Shown: piece after piece, positions 24,373 to 33,795 of the stretch
Layout: every line of letters starts with the position of its first letter
Position numbering within the stretch: the first letter of the stretch is position 1
From: an uncultured virus (IMG/VR IMGVR_UViG_3300010160_000028)
Taxonomy: Duplodnaviria > Heunggongvirae > Uroviricota > Caudoviricetes
IMG/VR virus record: IMGVR_UViG_3300010160_000028
DNA: 58,443 bases
Strand: one strand, 5' to 3'
Position numbers and translations under genes: made by a program
The notes under the pieces: generated by a model
Databases searched by the model: none
What the model was told of the DNA's origin: nothing
The model's input: the letters and a program-made list of their open reading frames with translations, nothing else

Positions 24373-26880
24373 ATGAATTTTTATACCAATGTTACTCGTC
24401 ATCGAAATCAAATTTTAGTTCGCGGAATATCTGACGGCAAACCTGTCAAGTTTTCTGTGAAATACAAACCTTATTTATTCGTTCAAGCAAGTGCACAAAC
24501 CGAACATAAGAACCTGAAAGGTGAATATGTCGGCAAGATGCAATTCGATTCCATGTCTGAAACACGAGAGTTTCTACAAAGTTACGAAAACGTGGCAGGC
24601 ATGAACATCTACGGCCTCTCCGATTGGCCTTACATGTATATTTATGACAAGTATAAGGGTGAGATCAAGTATGATCCTGCCCTCGTTTCAGTTTGTTCGA
24701 TCGATATCGAGACCAGCATTGAAGGTGGTTTCCCCGACATCGAGAAAGCAGACAATGAAATCACAGCGATTACCATCGGCCGCAATGGTAGAAAGACTAC
24801 TTTTGGTTGCGGTGAATATCAGGAGCATCAAGACAATGTACAATATTACAAATGCGCAGACGAATCTGCACTCTTACTCGCCTTTCTCGAAGTCTGGAAC
24901 GGATCACTCTATTCGCCTGACGTTGTCACAGGCTGGAACATCGAGTTCTTCGACATTCCGTATCTTGTCAACAGGATTCGAAAGGTTCTTGGAGATGATC
25001 ACGCTGAACGTCTCTCTCCCTGGAAAATACTTCGTGAATACAAAGTTAACAGCCGTGGACGAGACTGCATTTGCTATGCCCCTATCGGCATCGCCGTCCT
25101 TGATTACATCAAACTCTACAGGAAGTTTACGTACACAGAGCAGGAATCTTACCGACTTGACTACATCGCTCAAGTTGAACTCGGCGAAGGAAAGCTTGAC
25201 TATCGCGATGAAGGTTATACCGACCTCGATGACCTTCGGCTAAGAAACTTTCAACTCTACATCGAATATAACGTTCGAGATGTTGAGATCGTTGAGAGAC
25301 TCGAAGACAAGCTAAAGCTCATCGAGCTGGTCTATGCTTTGGCTTATGACGCTAAGGTAAACTATGAAGATACCATGGCAACCGTGAAGCAATGGGACGT
25401 GATCACTCACAACTATCTTCTCGATCGAAACATCGTGGTTCCTCTCAACGATAAGAATAAACCCGACCGAGCCTTCGTAGGCGGATATGTCAAAGATCCA
25501 AAGGTCGGCATGAGTAAATGGGTTGTGTCGTTCGATCTAAACTCCCTTTATCCTCACCTTATTATGCAGTACAACATCTCGCCAGAGACGCTTGTCACTC
25601 GCTTAAAAGATAAGGTGTCGATCGACGACCTACTTGTTGGTGGCGCTAGTCAGTTCGGTGGCTATCTTGATAAAACGAACTGCACTATCGCCGCCAACCT
25701 TTGTATCTATACAAAAGAAAAGCGTGGCTTCTTGCCATCGATTATGGATCGTATGTATGACGATCGTACTCGATATAAGAAGCAGATGATCAAGTGTAAG
25801 AAAGAATACGAGAAGACGAAAGAACCCCAGCTCGTCAAAGAAATTGCTCGTCTCGATAACATGCAGATGGCCAAGAAGATTCAGTTGAACTCGGCTTATG
25901 GTGCTCTCGGCAACAAGTGGTTTCGCTGGTTTGACGTGAACAATGCCGAAGCCATTACCACATCTGGTCAGCTCAGCATTCGTTGGATCGAGAATAAGCT
26001 CAACGACTATCTCAACAAACTGTTGAAGACCGAGAACTTTGACTATGTATTGGCTTCCGATACCGATTCAGTGTATGTGACTCTCGAATACCTCGTGAAG
26101 AATGTATTCGGTGATGATGTTCCTGAAACGAAGAAGGTGATCCAATATATCGACAAGATCTGTAAGGAACGAATTGAACCATTCATCGACCGTTCTTATC
26201 AAGAGCTTGCCGAATATATGCGTGCATATGATCAGAAGATGCAAATGAAGCGAGAGAACATCGCAGATAAAGGTATCTGGAAGGCCAAGAAGATGTACAT
26301 CTTGAATGTATGGAACTCTGAAGGTGTTGAGTATGAGAAGCCGAAGTTGAAGATGACAGGCATCGAAGCAGTTCGATCCTCGACTCCGACTGCATGTCGT
26401 GATGCCATTAAGAAATCTCTCGAGATTATTATGGCTGGATCCGAATCGGATCTTCAGAAATATGTGGCCAACTTTAAGTCAGAGTTTTCTTCTCTTGGAT
26501 TTGACGACATTGCTTTTACTCGCGGTGTCAAGGATATCGAGAAATATTGGGTAGGTGGTAGGTTCCAAAGCCAGACACCTATTCACGTTCGCGGTTCAGT
26601 CGTCTTCAATGAAATGTTGAAGAAGAAGAAACTGACAAATAAATATCAATTGATTACCAGCGGTGAAAAGATTAAGTTCGCGTATCTCAAAAACCCGAAC
26701 CCGACACAAGACTACGTGATCGCATGTCCGAATGGTCTACCAAAAGAATTGAAAATGGAAACCTATATCGACTATGCGGTGCAGTTCGAGAAAGGCTATC
26801 TTAGCCCTATCGAGTCTATCACAAATACAATGGGCTGGCAAGCAGAAAAAAGAGCAACACTCGAGGATTGGCTAAACTAA
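24373..26880 (+). CDS. 43: Family B DNA polymerase, T4 gp43-like
   Basis: DIET (ExoI), SFDLNSLYP, KKIQLNSAYG, SDTDS; GGAG RBS (alternative ATG at 24349). Confidence 0.97.
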   Translation: MNFYTNVTRHRNQILVRGISDGKPVKFSVKYKPYLFVQASAQTEHKNLKGEYVGKMQFDSMSETREFLQSYENVAGMNIYGLSDWPYMYIYDKYKGEIKYDPALVSVCSIDIETSIEGGFPDIEKADNEITAITIGRNGRKTTFGCGEYQEHQDNVQYYKCADESALLLAFLEVWNGSLYSPDVVTGWNIEFFDIPYLVNRIRKVLGDDHAERLSPWKILREYKVNSRGRDCICYAPIGIAVLDYIKLYRKFTYTEQESYRLDYIAQVELGEGKLDYRDEGYTDLDDLRLRNFQLYIEYNVRDVEIVERLEDKLKLIELVYALAYDAKVNYEDTMATVKQWDVITHNYLLDRNIVVPLNDKNKPDRAFVGGYVKDPKVGMSKWVVSFDLNSLYPHLIMQYNISPETLVTRLKDKVSIDDLLVGGASQFGGYLDKTNCTIAANLCIYTKEKRGFLPSIMDRMYDDRTRYKKQMIKCKKEYEKTKEPQLVKEIARLDNMQMAKKIQLNSAYGALGNKWFRWFDVNNAEAITTSGQLSIRWIENKLNDYLNKLLKTENFDYVLASDTDSVYVTLEYLVKNVFGDDVPETKKVIQYIDKICKERIEPFIDRSYQELAEYMRAYDQKMQMKRENIADKGIWKAKKMYILNVWNSEGVEYEKPKLKMTGIEAVRSSTPTACRDAIKKSLEIIMAGSESDLQKYVANFKSEFSSLGFDDIAFTRGVKDIEKYWVGGRFQSQTPIHVRGSVVFNEMLKKKKLTNKYQLITSGEKIKFAYLKNPNPTQDYVIACPNGLPKELKMETYIDYAVQFEKGYLSPIESITNTMGWQAEKRATLEDWLN

Positions 26881-27110
26881 TGGCAAACTTAGACATCGAT
26901 TTAGATTTTGATTTTGGTTTCACGACTTCTTCTGAAGAAGAAATCAAACAAGAAGGTACTGATAAGGCAAGGCACATGTACGATGCCATCATGCCTTTAC
27001 TTACAAACTTAAAGAAAGACGCAGATAAAAACCCGATCATTAACTGGCCTAATCGTGGCGAGAAGATCGATCTCTTCATTACTAAACTGAATAAGATACT
27101 TGCGAGTTAA
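26880..27110 (+). CDS. Conserved hypothetical protein
   Basis: TAATG coupling; FDFGF...PLLTNLKK...I.WPNR. Confidence 0.65.
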   Translation: MANLDIDLDFDFGFTTSSEEEIKQEGTDKARHMYDAIMPLLTNLKKDADKNPIINWPNRGEKIDLFITKLNKILAS

Positions 27111-27175
27111 TAAAAATACTTGTGTACAAATAAAGATATATCGTATATACTGGGACAATCAGACAAGGAGAAGTT

Positions 27176-28246
27176 ATGTCAGACCTATTAAATAAATTGC
27201 GTAAGAATACCACAATCAAAGATTCGGATATCTTATCAGATTCCAAGTTCTTCAATGCCAAGGACATGATCCGCACGACAGTGCCTGCAATCAACATTGC
27301 ATTGAGTGGTAAAATTAATGGTGGCTTCGTTCCTGGTCTGACTATTTGGGCAGGTCCATCAAAGCACTTTAAAACTTCGTTCAGTCTTCTCATGGCGAAG
27401 GCATATATGGACACTTATCCTGATGCAGTCATGCTTTTTTATGACTCAGAATTTGGTACTCCTCAAGCTTACTTCGACTCGTTCGGCATCGACACATCTC
27501 GAGTTCTCCATACTCCCATCACAGATGTAGAACAGTTGAAGTTTGATATTATGCAACAGTTTGGTGAGATCAAGCGCGGTGATCATGTCATCATCGTAAT
27601 CGATTCTGTTGGTAACCTTGCATCGAAGAAAGAAGTCGAAGATGCATTGAAGCAAAACTCGGCAGCCGATATGACTCGTGCAAAACAACTCAAGTCTCTC
27701 TTCCGTATGGTAACACCACACCTCAATCTGAAAGATATTCCGCTAGTCGTGGTCAATCACACCTATCAGACTCAAGAGATGTACTCGAAGGCTGTGGTTT
27801 CTGGTGGTACAGGCATCTATTACTCGGCTGATAACATCTTCATCATCGGGCGTCAGCAAGAAAAAGATGGCAAGGAAGTCACTGGTTATAACTTCATCAT
27901 CAACGTCGAGAAGTCACGTTATGTAAAAGAAAAATCAAAGATTCCTATCGAAGTGTCATGGGACAAGGGTATCAGCAAATGGTCTGGTCTCTTGGATATG
28001 GCACTCGAGTCTGGTCATGTCATCAAGCCAAAGGTTGGTTGGTATCAGAAGGTTGATATGGAAACTGGCGAAATCCTTGACAAGTCTTATCGTATCGCTG
28101 ATACCTACAACGTTGGTTTCTGGCATCCTATTTTGATCTGCCCGAAGTTTGTTGACTTCATTGAGAACAAGTATGCTGCAGCCAACGGTGCTATTATGCA
28201 AAGTGAAGACGACGTGGCAGATGTTTATGAGATGGAGGATGAATGA
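27176..28246 (+). CDS. uvsX: RecA-like recombinase UvsX
   Basis: GPSKHFKT, YDSEFG, DSVGNLASKKE, VSGGTG; promoter TGTACA(27123)-N17-TATACT. Confidence 0.95.
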   Translation: MSDLLNKLRKNTTIKDSDILSDSKFFNAKDMIRTTVPAINIALSGKINGGFVPGLTIWAGPSKHFKTSFSLLMAKAYMDTYPDAVMLFYDSEFGTPQAYFDSFGIDTSRVLHTPITDVEQLKFDIMQQFGEIKRGDHVIIVIDSVGNLASKKEVEDALKQNSAADMTRAKQLKSLFRMVTPHLNLKDIPLVVVNHTYQTQEMYSKAVVSGGTGIYYSADNIFIIGRQQEKDGKEVTGYNFIINVEKSRYVKEKSKIPIEVSWDKGISKWSGLLDMALESGHVIKPKVGWYQKVDMETGEILDKSYRIADTYNVGFWHPILICPKFVDFIENKYAAANGAIMQSEDDVADVYEMEDE

Positions 28247-29658
28247 GAATTGAACATATCATATTTGGAAATCTTATCGAAAACGAGGAATACGGTCGTA
28301 AGGTCATTCCATTCCTCAAAGAAGAGTACTTTACCGACACTGTAGATCGTAAGATCTTCTCTATCATTCATGAATATGTGGGAAAGTATAACAACTTTCC
28401 TACAAAATCTGCTGTCGAGATCGATCTCAACGATGTCGGTGGTTTGTCTGATGATCAGTTTAAGACTGCAAAAGAAGTTGTCTCTGGACTTGACAAATCT
28501 GAAGATCGTGATGTGGCATGGCTCGTAGATAATACCGAGAAGTTTTGTAAAGACAAGGCTCTATATAATGCTCTGATGCAATCGATTCAGATCGTCGATG
28601 ATAGTAAGAAGGATAGCATATCTGTTGGATCCATTCCTCAGATCTTGACTAATGCTCTCGGTGTTTCTTTCGATAGTCATGTTGGTCATGACTTCTTGAA
28701 TGACGCAGCAGAACGCTATGAGTTCTATCATCGGAAAGAAGTTCGAATTGGTTTCGATCTCGATCACTTTAACAAGATTACTCAAGGCGGTCTCCCTCGC
28801 AAGACACTCAATATTGCTCTTGCTGGCACTGGTGTCGGTAAGTCATTGTTCATGTGTCATGGCGCGGCACATAACTTGATGGCAGGTCAGAATGTCTTGT
28901 ATATTACTCTCGAAATGGCAGAAGAAAGAATCGCCGAGCGTATCGATGCCAATCTTCTTGGTGTCACGCTTATCGATCTCAAAGATCTGCCACAGGCAAT
29001 CTACTATAAGTTGATCGGAAGAGTCAAGGAACGAGCAAAAGGTAAGCTCATTGTGAAGGAGTATCCAACAGCATGCGCAGGCGCCGCAAACTTTCGACAT
29101 CTCTTAAACGAGTTGAAGATCAAGAAGAACTTTATCCCGGACATTATCTACATCGATTATCTCAACATCTGTGCATCTTCGAGGATCAAACCGGGATCGA
29201 ACGTGAACTCGTACACCTACATCAAGGCGATCGCCGAGGAACTTCGCGGCCTCGCCGTCGAGTTCAACGTCCCTATTGTTTCGGCGACTCAGACTAATCG
29301 TTCTGGTTTTAGTAGCTCTGATGTTGGTCTCGAAGATACTTCTGAATCGTTCGGTTTGCCGGCAACTGCAGATTTTATGTTTGCCTTGATTACGAGCGAA
29401 GAGTTACGTCAACTTAATCAGATCATGGTCAAACAACTCAAGAACCGTTACGGCGATCCATCGGTGAATAAACGCTTTGTGATTGGTGTTGACTACTCGA
29501 AGATGAGACTGTATAATGTAGAAGCTTCTGCTCAAGTCGACATCGTGCAAGATGAAGATCGACCAATCTTTGACAATACAAACTCTGGTTATCGACTCGA
29601 AAATGAATCGAAACCAGTCAGCAAGTTCGAGAAAATCAAATTTGCAGGTTTCAAATGA
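28243..29658 (+). CDS. 41: Replicative helicase, T4 gp41-like
   Basis: AGTGVGKS, TLEMAE, IDYLNIC, SATQTNR, SESFGLP, QLKNRY. Confidence 0.95.
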   Translation: MRIEHIIFGNLIENEEYGRKVIPFLKEEYFTDTVDRKIFSIIHEYVGKYNNFPTKSAVEIDLNDVGGLSDDQFKTAKEVVSGLDKSEDRDVAWLVDNTEKFCKDKALYNALMQSIQIVDDSKKDSISVGSIPQILTNALGVSFDSHVGHDFLNDAAERYEFYHRKEVRIGFDLDHFNKITQGGLPRKTLNIALAGTGVGKSLFMCHGAAHNLMAGQNVLYITLEMAEERIAERIDANLLGVTLIDLKDLPQAIYYKLIGRVKERAKGKLIVKEYPTACAGAANFRHLLNELKIKKNFIPDIIYIDYLNICASSRIKPGSNVNSYTYIKAIAEELRGLAVEFNVPIVSATQTNRSGFSSSDVGLEDTSESFGLPATADFMFALITSEELRQLNQIMVKQLKNRYGDPSVNKRFVIGVDYSKMRLYNVEASAQVDIVQDEDRPIFDNTNSGYRLENESKPVSKFEKIKFAGFK

Positions 29659-29837
29659 TCGATAATCTCAGGAACGGTTGGATAATCAATACAGTCAAAA
29701 ATCCTAAATACAGATGGAAATGCCAGATACTAAAGAATACTTGGTGGATGGTCGAGGAAGGCAATGAGCCTAATTGGTTTCATCGCAAGATGCAAGAACT
29801 TTGTTTTGGTTTTAAATGGGAGAAGATTGATGGTTAA
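29655..29837 (+). CDS. Hypothetical protein
   Basis: ATGA coupling; PNWFHRKMQ..CFGFKW. Confidence 0.55.
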   Translation: MIDNLRNGWIINTVKNPKYRWKCQILKNTWWMVEEGNEPNWFHRKMQELCFGFKWEKIDG

Positions 29838-30072
29838 CTACAAGATCGTAAATACTGGAAAGATCGTCAACGTTGGTGGCGGGTTTGGAGAAATGGGTGG
29901 AGATATCCTCGAGACCAAGACAGATCAGATTGTAGTCAAGGGTATGCGTATGTCCAAAGCCAAGGAGATGGTTCGTCACCTAAACTTTGGCGGTGGGTTT
30001 GATGGATCTACTCCAGCATTTTTTTTAGCCGAACGCGAAAAAACTTTAGAATTGACTGTAGAACTTGTATAA
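29830..30072 (+). CDS. Hypothetical protein
   Basis: GGAG RBS; LNFGGGFDG.TP.FF C-terminal motif. Confidence 0.6.
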   Translation: MVNYKIVNTGKIVNVGGGFGEMGGDILETKTDQIVVKGMRMSKAKEMVRHLNFGGGFDGSTPAFFLAEREKTLELTVELV

Positions 30073-30075
30073 ATA
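30068..30075 (+). promoter_or_regulatory. T4-type late promoter
   Basis: Exact TATAAATA. Confidence 0.7.
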
Positions 30076-30080
30076 GATGT

Positions 30081-30220
30081 ACACTATGTGGTGCGTGGAT
30101 ATACAGTTCAACTGTGTAAGTTAGGCAAGAGTCTTAATTGACGAATGGAATAGGCAGGGTCACAGGTGGGGTTCCTCCTGCTACACGCATGATGGGCGGC
30201 TTTCGGGTCGCCCATTTTTT
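30081..30220 (+). ncRNA. Candidate late-transcribed structured ncRNA
   Basis: Lies between the late promoter and a terminator; four predicted stems; no RBS-led ORF. Confidence 0.55.
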
Positions 30221-30222
30221 TT
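30192..30222 (+). terminator. Rho-independent terminator
   Basis: ATGGGCGGCT-TTCG-GGTCGCCCAT followed by a T-run. Confidence 0.85.
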
Positions 30223-30296
30223 GTCTTTTTTAAAAATAAACATGTACATTTTATCAAAACTTTGGTAGTATGAATAATAAGCTAAGGAGATTGTTA

Positions 30297-30599
30297 ATGA
30301 CTGCTTTTACAAAAACTAACTTCGAATACCATGGTGGATACCTGCACTACATGACTGCTGCAGGTGAACGCAAGTTTGTTGCGCGCTTCAAGCATCGTGG
30401 TCCAGTTACCAAGGCTAAGTTTCAAGCCGCATTGATTAAGCACTACACAGTCGAAGGTTACTTTGCTCGTCTGGTTGGTCCTTATAATGCTCAAGGTGAA
30501 GCTCCTCTGCAGATCTTGATGAATGACGAGATCTTGCAATTCGATCGTGATGATTTAGGCCGCGGATTCTTTATCTTAGACGGTAAAGAACTCCGCTAA
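30297..30599 (+). CDS. Hypothetical early protein
   Basis: Promoter TGTACA(30243)-N17-TAGTAT; AAGGAG RBS. Confidence 0.7.
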   Translation: MTAFTKTNFEYHGGYLHYMTAAGERKFVARFKHRGPVTKAKFQAALIKHYTVEGYFARLVGPYNAQGEAPLQILMNDEILQFDRDDLGRGFFILDGKELR

Positions 30600-30658
30600 A
30601 ATAAACATGTACAATTAATCGATATCGATGTATACCAGAATCTGAAGGAAATTATATT

Positions 30659-31078
30659 ATGACAATGCATCTTCTCGGCCCTGCTTACACGACCACTCAT
30701 CATGGCAAGCGTAAGTCCAAAATGACGACGTCAAAGTACACCAAAATTGGTTTGGCTTGGCTCGAAGATTGTAGATTTTGCAAGAGCAACGGCTTAAAGC
30801 CAAAGACGTTCGAAGAATATCAAGATTACCGTGCAGGTAACTACAAGCCAAAGCTTCGCGGTACACCGATGCCTGATTATGGCATTTCTGACCATCGCCA
30901 AAAGTATCCTTCTCAGAACGAGATCGGTGTAGCTTACACCAAGAACTCAAATTACGAGCAAGAAAAGCTCGCAGTAAGCAGCAATTATATCATCGGCCAA
31001 GCCTATAATAAAGGCGGACTTGTTGTCCTTTCCAAGTCTGAAGCGGCCGATCCGGCAACTGGTAAGAGGCGAGCTTGA
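30659..31078 (+). CDS. Hypothetical early protein
   Basis: Promoter TGTACA(30608); AAGGA RBS; QAYNKGG motif. Confidence 0.7.
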   Translation: MTMHLLGPAYTTTHHGKRKSKMTTSKYTKIGLAWLEDCRFCKSNGLKPKTFEEYQDYRAGNYKPKLRGTPMPDYGISDHRQKYPSQNEIGVAYTKNSNYEQEKLAVSSNYIIGQAYNKGGLVVLSKSEAADPATGKRRA

Positions 31079-31236
31079 GCTTCTTGTTCTTCCTCTCATC
31101 GTTGCCGTTCTTGGCGATCTTGGGCTTCTTCCTTTGGGTCGGGTTTAAGGTCGCCAAGCATTTTTTTAAATTCGCACTCTATGGATTTCTTTTTATTATT
31201 TTAATCCTTCTCGCTTTAGGGGGTGTACAAAATTGA
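31075..31236 (+). CDS. Two-TM small membrane protein (53 aa, not in ORF track)
   Basis: TTG start overlapping the upstream TGA, AGAGG RBS, two very hydrophobic helices. Confidence 0.5.
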   Translation: MSFLFFLSSLPFLAILGFFLWVGFKVAKHFFKFALYGFLFIILILLALGGVQN

Positions 31237-31258
31237 ATTTTTGTAGTAAGGTAAACCT

Positions 31259-31492
31259 ATGATTGACCATACACCAACTTATTCCGCCTTTCGTACGCCG
31301 CTCGCAATGACTGGTATCGATTTTCATGATCACCATCTAGTCGGTCTGACATGGCCATATATAAACTGCAAAGGCAAACAGTATCACGTGACGATGCTCG
31401 ATCGTGGTTGGGTGTGTGACTGTCCCGGTTTTAATTTCTATAATAAGTGTAAGCACATTACACAAGTGCACGAAAAGGTGATAGCAGAATGA
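31259..31492 (+). CDS. SWIM zinc-finger protein
   Basis: CDC...CKH; promoter TGTACA(31224)-N17-TAAGGT with likely leaderless start. Confidence 0.7.
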   Translation: MIDHTPTYSAFRTPLAMTGIDFHDHHLVGLTWPYINCKGKQYHVTMLDRGWVCDCPGFNFYNKCKHITQVHEKVIAE

Positions 31493-31890
31493 TTGTTCAA
31501 AACGCAGCGACATGCCTGAGTTGTGGAGATTTTATTGTTTCGAAGCATCGTCATGACTTTGTTGAATGCACGTGCGGTGCGATCGCAGTCGATGGTGGCC
31601 AAGATTATCTTCGACGTGTAGGTGACTTTACGAATGCGACTGATCACTCGTGGTCTTTAGACAGTGATTTATATTTTGATTGTGCACAAGCAGTGACCGA
31701 CGCTCTCGATACAGGAAGAAACAATATCGGCGTTGCAAATGCTGTGTTGCGTAAGCTTCGTGAAGCTGGTCGTATTGTTGCCGATCACGAGCAGCGTATC
31801 TTTGCCGAGAATAAGAACCTCGACGAGATTATGGTTGAAGAAGCTGATGGTACTTTTAATCGTTATAGGAAGGTAAATATTAATGAGTAA
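31489..31890 (+). CDS. Zinc-ribbon hypothetical protein
   Basis: CLSCGD...HRHDFVECTCGAIAVDGG. Confidence 0.65.
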   Translation: MIVQNAATCLSCGDFIVSKHRHDFVECTCGAIAVDGGQDYLRRVGDFTNATDHSWSLDSDLYFDCAQAVTDALDTGRNNIGVANAVLRKLREAGRIVADHEQRIFAENKNLDEIMVEEADGTFNRYRKVNINE

Positions 31891-32125
31891 GTATACGATT
31901 GATTTAACTTATGAAATGACTGATCAAATTGTTGTCGACCAACTGCGTGATACATGGGATACTTTGCGTCGAGATCTTGGATCAAACTCCAGTGTTTTTG
32001 TTTGGGGTGATCAAGAGGCTGATGATGTCGAGATCCAAAAACATATCGATGCGCTTGAGATTGTGCTCAAGTGGTATTCAACTCCTGATCAGCTAAAAGA
32101 AATGGGATTGAAAGACGATGCCTAA
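31883..32125 (+). CDS. Hypothetical protein
   Basis: Overlapping operon ORF with RBS. Confidence 0.6.
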   Translation: MSKYTIDLTYEMTDQIVVDQLRDTWDTLRRDLGSNSSVFVWGDQEADDVEIQKHIDALEIVLKWYSTPDQLKEMGLKDDA

Positions 32126-32504
32126 GTATCTTGTAGAAACAATCTCGGTGCACCGTATTCGTTATGTTGTCGAATGTGAGAGTGCAGAACATGCCAAAGA
32201 CGTCGTCACGATGAATGAGGCGGAAGAGTTTTCTCAGATGCATATCGACGAGTTAGTCACTTCTGCTCGCGTAATCGATGATGCAGAGTATCTTCGTGTA
32301 TTTGACGAGGACAATGATTATCTTCGTGAATGGTCAGACGAACAAAAGTTTAAGTATGTGCACGAAGTGGTCTATGATACTCCGAAACCAGATATGAAAG
32401 AACTTGATCCTGATCTACGTGACTGGGAATACGATGGGCTTGGTATCAAAGTCTGGAAAGGCACAAATATTCGTTATGAGGTAGAAAATAATGGAACAGA
32501 ATAA
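32118..32504 (+). CDS. Hypothetical protein
   Basis: Operon ORF; KYLVETIS..R.RYVVE...EFSQ.H. Confidence 0.6.
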   Translation: MPKYLVETISVHRIRYVVECESAEHAKDVVTMNEAEEFSQMHIDELVTSARVIDDAEYLRVFDEDNDYLREWSDEQKFKYVHEVVYDTPKPDMKELDPDLRDWEYDGLGIKVWKGTNIRYEVENNGTE

Positions 32505-32754
32505 AGTATATACAATTAAATTGATGTCGGGCGAAGAACTCATTGCTCGTGTCAAGCAAGAAGGCGGAGTCACCGAGCTCATCAAGCCTCGTACGGTTGG
32601 TATGGGACCTCAAGGTTTTGCGATGATGCCATGGATGATGTCAGCTCCTGATAACAACGTTGTCATCTCTGATACTGTGATTGTTGGCGCCACTGAAACA
32701 AGTGCACAAGTGTCAACACAATATCTAAAACAAGTGACAGGAATTCAAGTGTAA
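32491..32754 (+). CDS. Small beta-barrel (Sm-like) protein
   Basis: IKLMSGEELIA...PW...Y.K..TGI pattern common in T4-like phages. Confidence 0.5.
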   Translation: MEQNKVYTIKLMSGEELIARVKQEGGVTELIKPRTVGMGPQGFAMMPWMMSAPDNNVVISDTVIVGATETSAQVSTQYLKQVTGIQV

Positions 32755-33170
32755 TGTTAGAATGTTTGATTATGGGCGACTCGATCGCCGTCGGTACGAA
32801 AATGTTTGCGCCAAAGGAATGCGTATCGTATTCGAAAGGCGGATTCAATACGTGGCAATGGAACAAGAAGTGGGGTAAGACTCCACTTGAAGCCAAGACA
32901 ATCGTGATTAGCCTCGGAACAAACGATCATAGCGGCGTGGATACAAAAAAAGAGTTGACAAAAATTAGAACTCGTGTTAAGGTAGGCAATGTAGTATGGA
33001 TCATGCCTCCTTGTAATAAAGGCTTTTGCAAACCTAAGGTTAACGCCGCGGTGAAGAGCATTGCTGTCAGTTACGGAGATCGTATCATCTCTACTTCGTA
33101 TGTTCAACCTGATAATGTCCATCCATCGTGGCGTGGATATAAAAATCTCGTAAAGAAAGCTGGAATATGA
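32754..33170 (+). CDS. SGNH/GDSL hydrolase
   Basis: GDSIA, SLGTND and DNVHP blocks. Confidence 0.8.
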   Translation: MLECLIMGDSIAVGTKMFAPKECVSYSKGGFNTWQWNKKWGKTPLEAKTIVISLGTNDHSGVDTKKELTKIRTRVKVGNVVWIMPPCNKGFCKPKVNAAVKSIAVSYGDRIISTSYVQPDNVHPSWRGYKNLVKKAGI

Positions 33171-33724
33171 ATGTATTTGTATTAGATACTGATCCTGTAA
33201 AAGCAGCTCAGCTGCAGTGTGATAAGCACGTAGTGAAGATGATTGTCGAGAGTGCTCAGATGCTTTCGACAGTCCATCGTATGCTTGACGGTGAGCAATG
33301 TCGTATTCCTTCGAAGTCTGGTAAGACGATGTCGAAGGCATGGACTCTTCCTGACGAACGCGAAGATACATTCTATCGTGCTGTGCATATGCATCATCCT
33401 TGCACGATTTGGACTGCACAAAGCAATAACAACTATACTTGGCACTGGATACACTTTGCTGCTCTCTGTGACGAGTACACGTATCGCTATGGCAAGGTTC
33501 ATAGCACAGATACCCTCTTACGAGAAGCACTGAAGCAATTGCCTCGTAACATTCCGATTGGCTACAAGACTCAGTTCCCATTGGCTATGGCGGCTTTTCC
33601 CGAGTGTATCGATTACAATGACATCGTAGGATCTTATCGTAAGTTCTATCAGACGAAGCAAGATCGCTTCAAGATGGCATGGACTAAGCGTCCAATTCCA
33701 GAATGGTTTGCAATCGCAGCCTAA
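33167..33724 (+). CDS. Pyrimidine-dimer DNA glycosylase (DenV-like) family protein
   Basis: MNVFVLD.DP..AA...CDKHVVKMIVESAQML, HPCT.W, EYTYRYGKVH. Confidence 0.75.
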   Translation: MNVFVLDTDPVKAAQLQCDKHVVKMIVESAQMLSTVHRMLDGEQCRIPSKSGKTMSKAWTLPDEREDTFYRAVHMHHPCTIWTAQSNNNYTWHWIHFAALCDEYTYRYGKVHSTDTLLREALKQLPRNIPIGYKTQFPLAMAAFPECIDYNDIVGSYRKFYQTKQDRFKMAWTKRPIPEWFAIAA

Positions 33725-33742
33725 TATAATTAAAATTAATAT

Positions 33743-33784
33743 GACCGCTCTAGTAGAGATACTGGAGCGGTTTTCTTTTGTTTT
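33743..33784 (+). terminator. Rho-independent terminator
   Basis: ACCGCTCTAGTA-GAGA-TACTGGAGCGGT followed by a T-rich tract. Confidence 0.8.
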
Positions 33785-33791
33785 ATAAATA
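33784..33791 (+). promoter_or_regulatory. T4-type late promoter
   Basis: Exact TATAAATA 4 nt before ATG 33796. Confidence 0.75.
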
Positions 33792-33795
33792 TATC

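Noticed and set aside
30077..30124. 15-codon ORF after the late promoter at 30068
   Set aside because: No SD, the first ATG probably precedes the transcription start, and base-pairing explains the region better
32757..33581. 274 aa reverse-strand ORF, and similar antisense ORFs such as 37746-38492, 20648-21259, 39817-40392 and 5156-5719
   Set aside because: They are shadows of motif-bearing + strand genes, with no recognisable RBS, promoter or protein motifs
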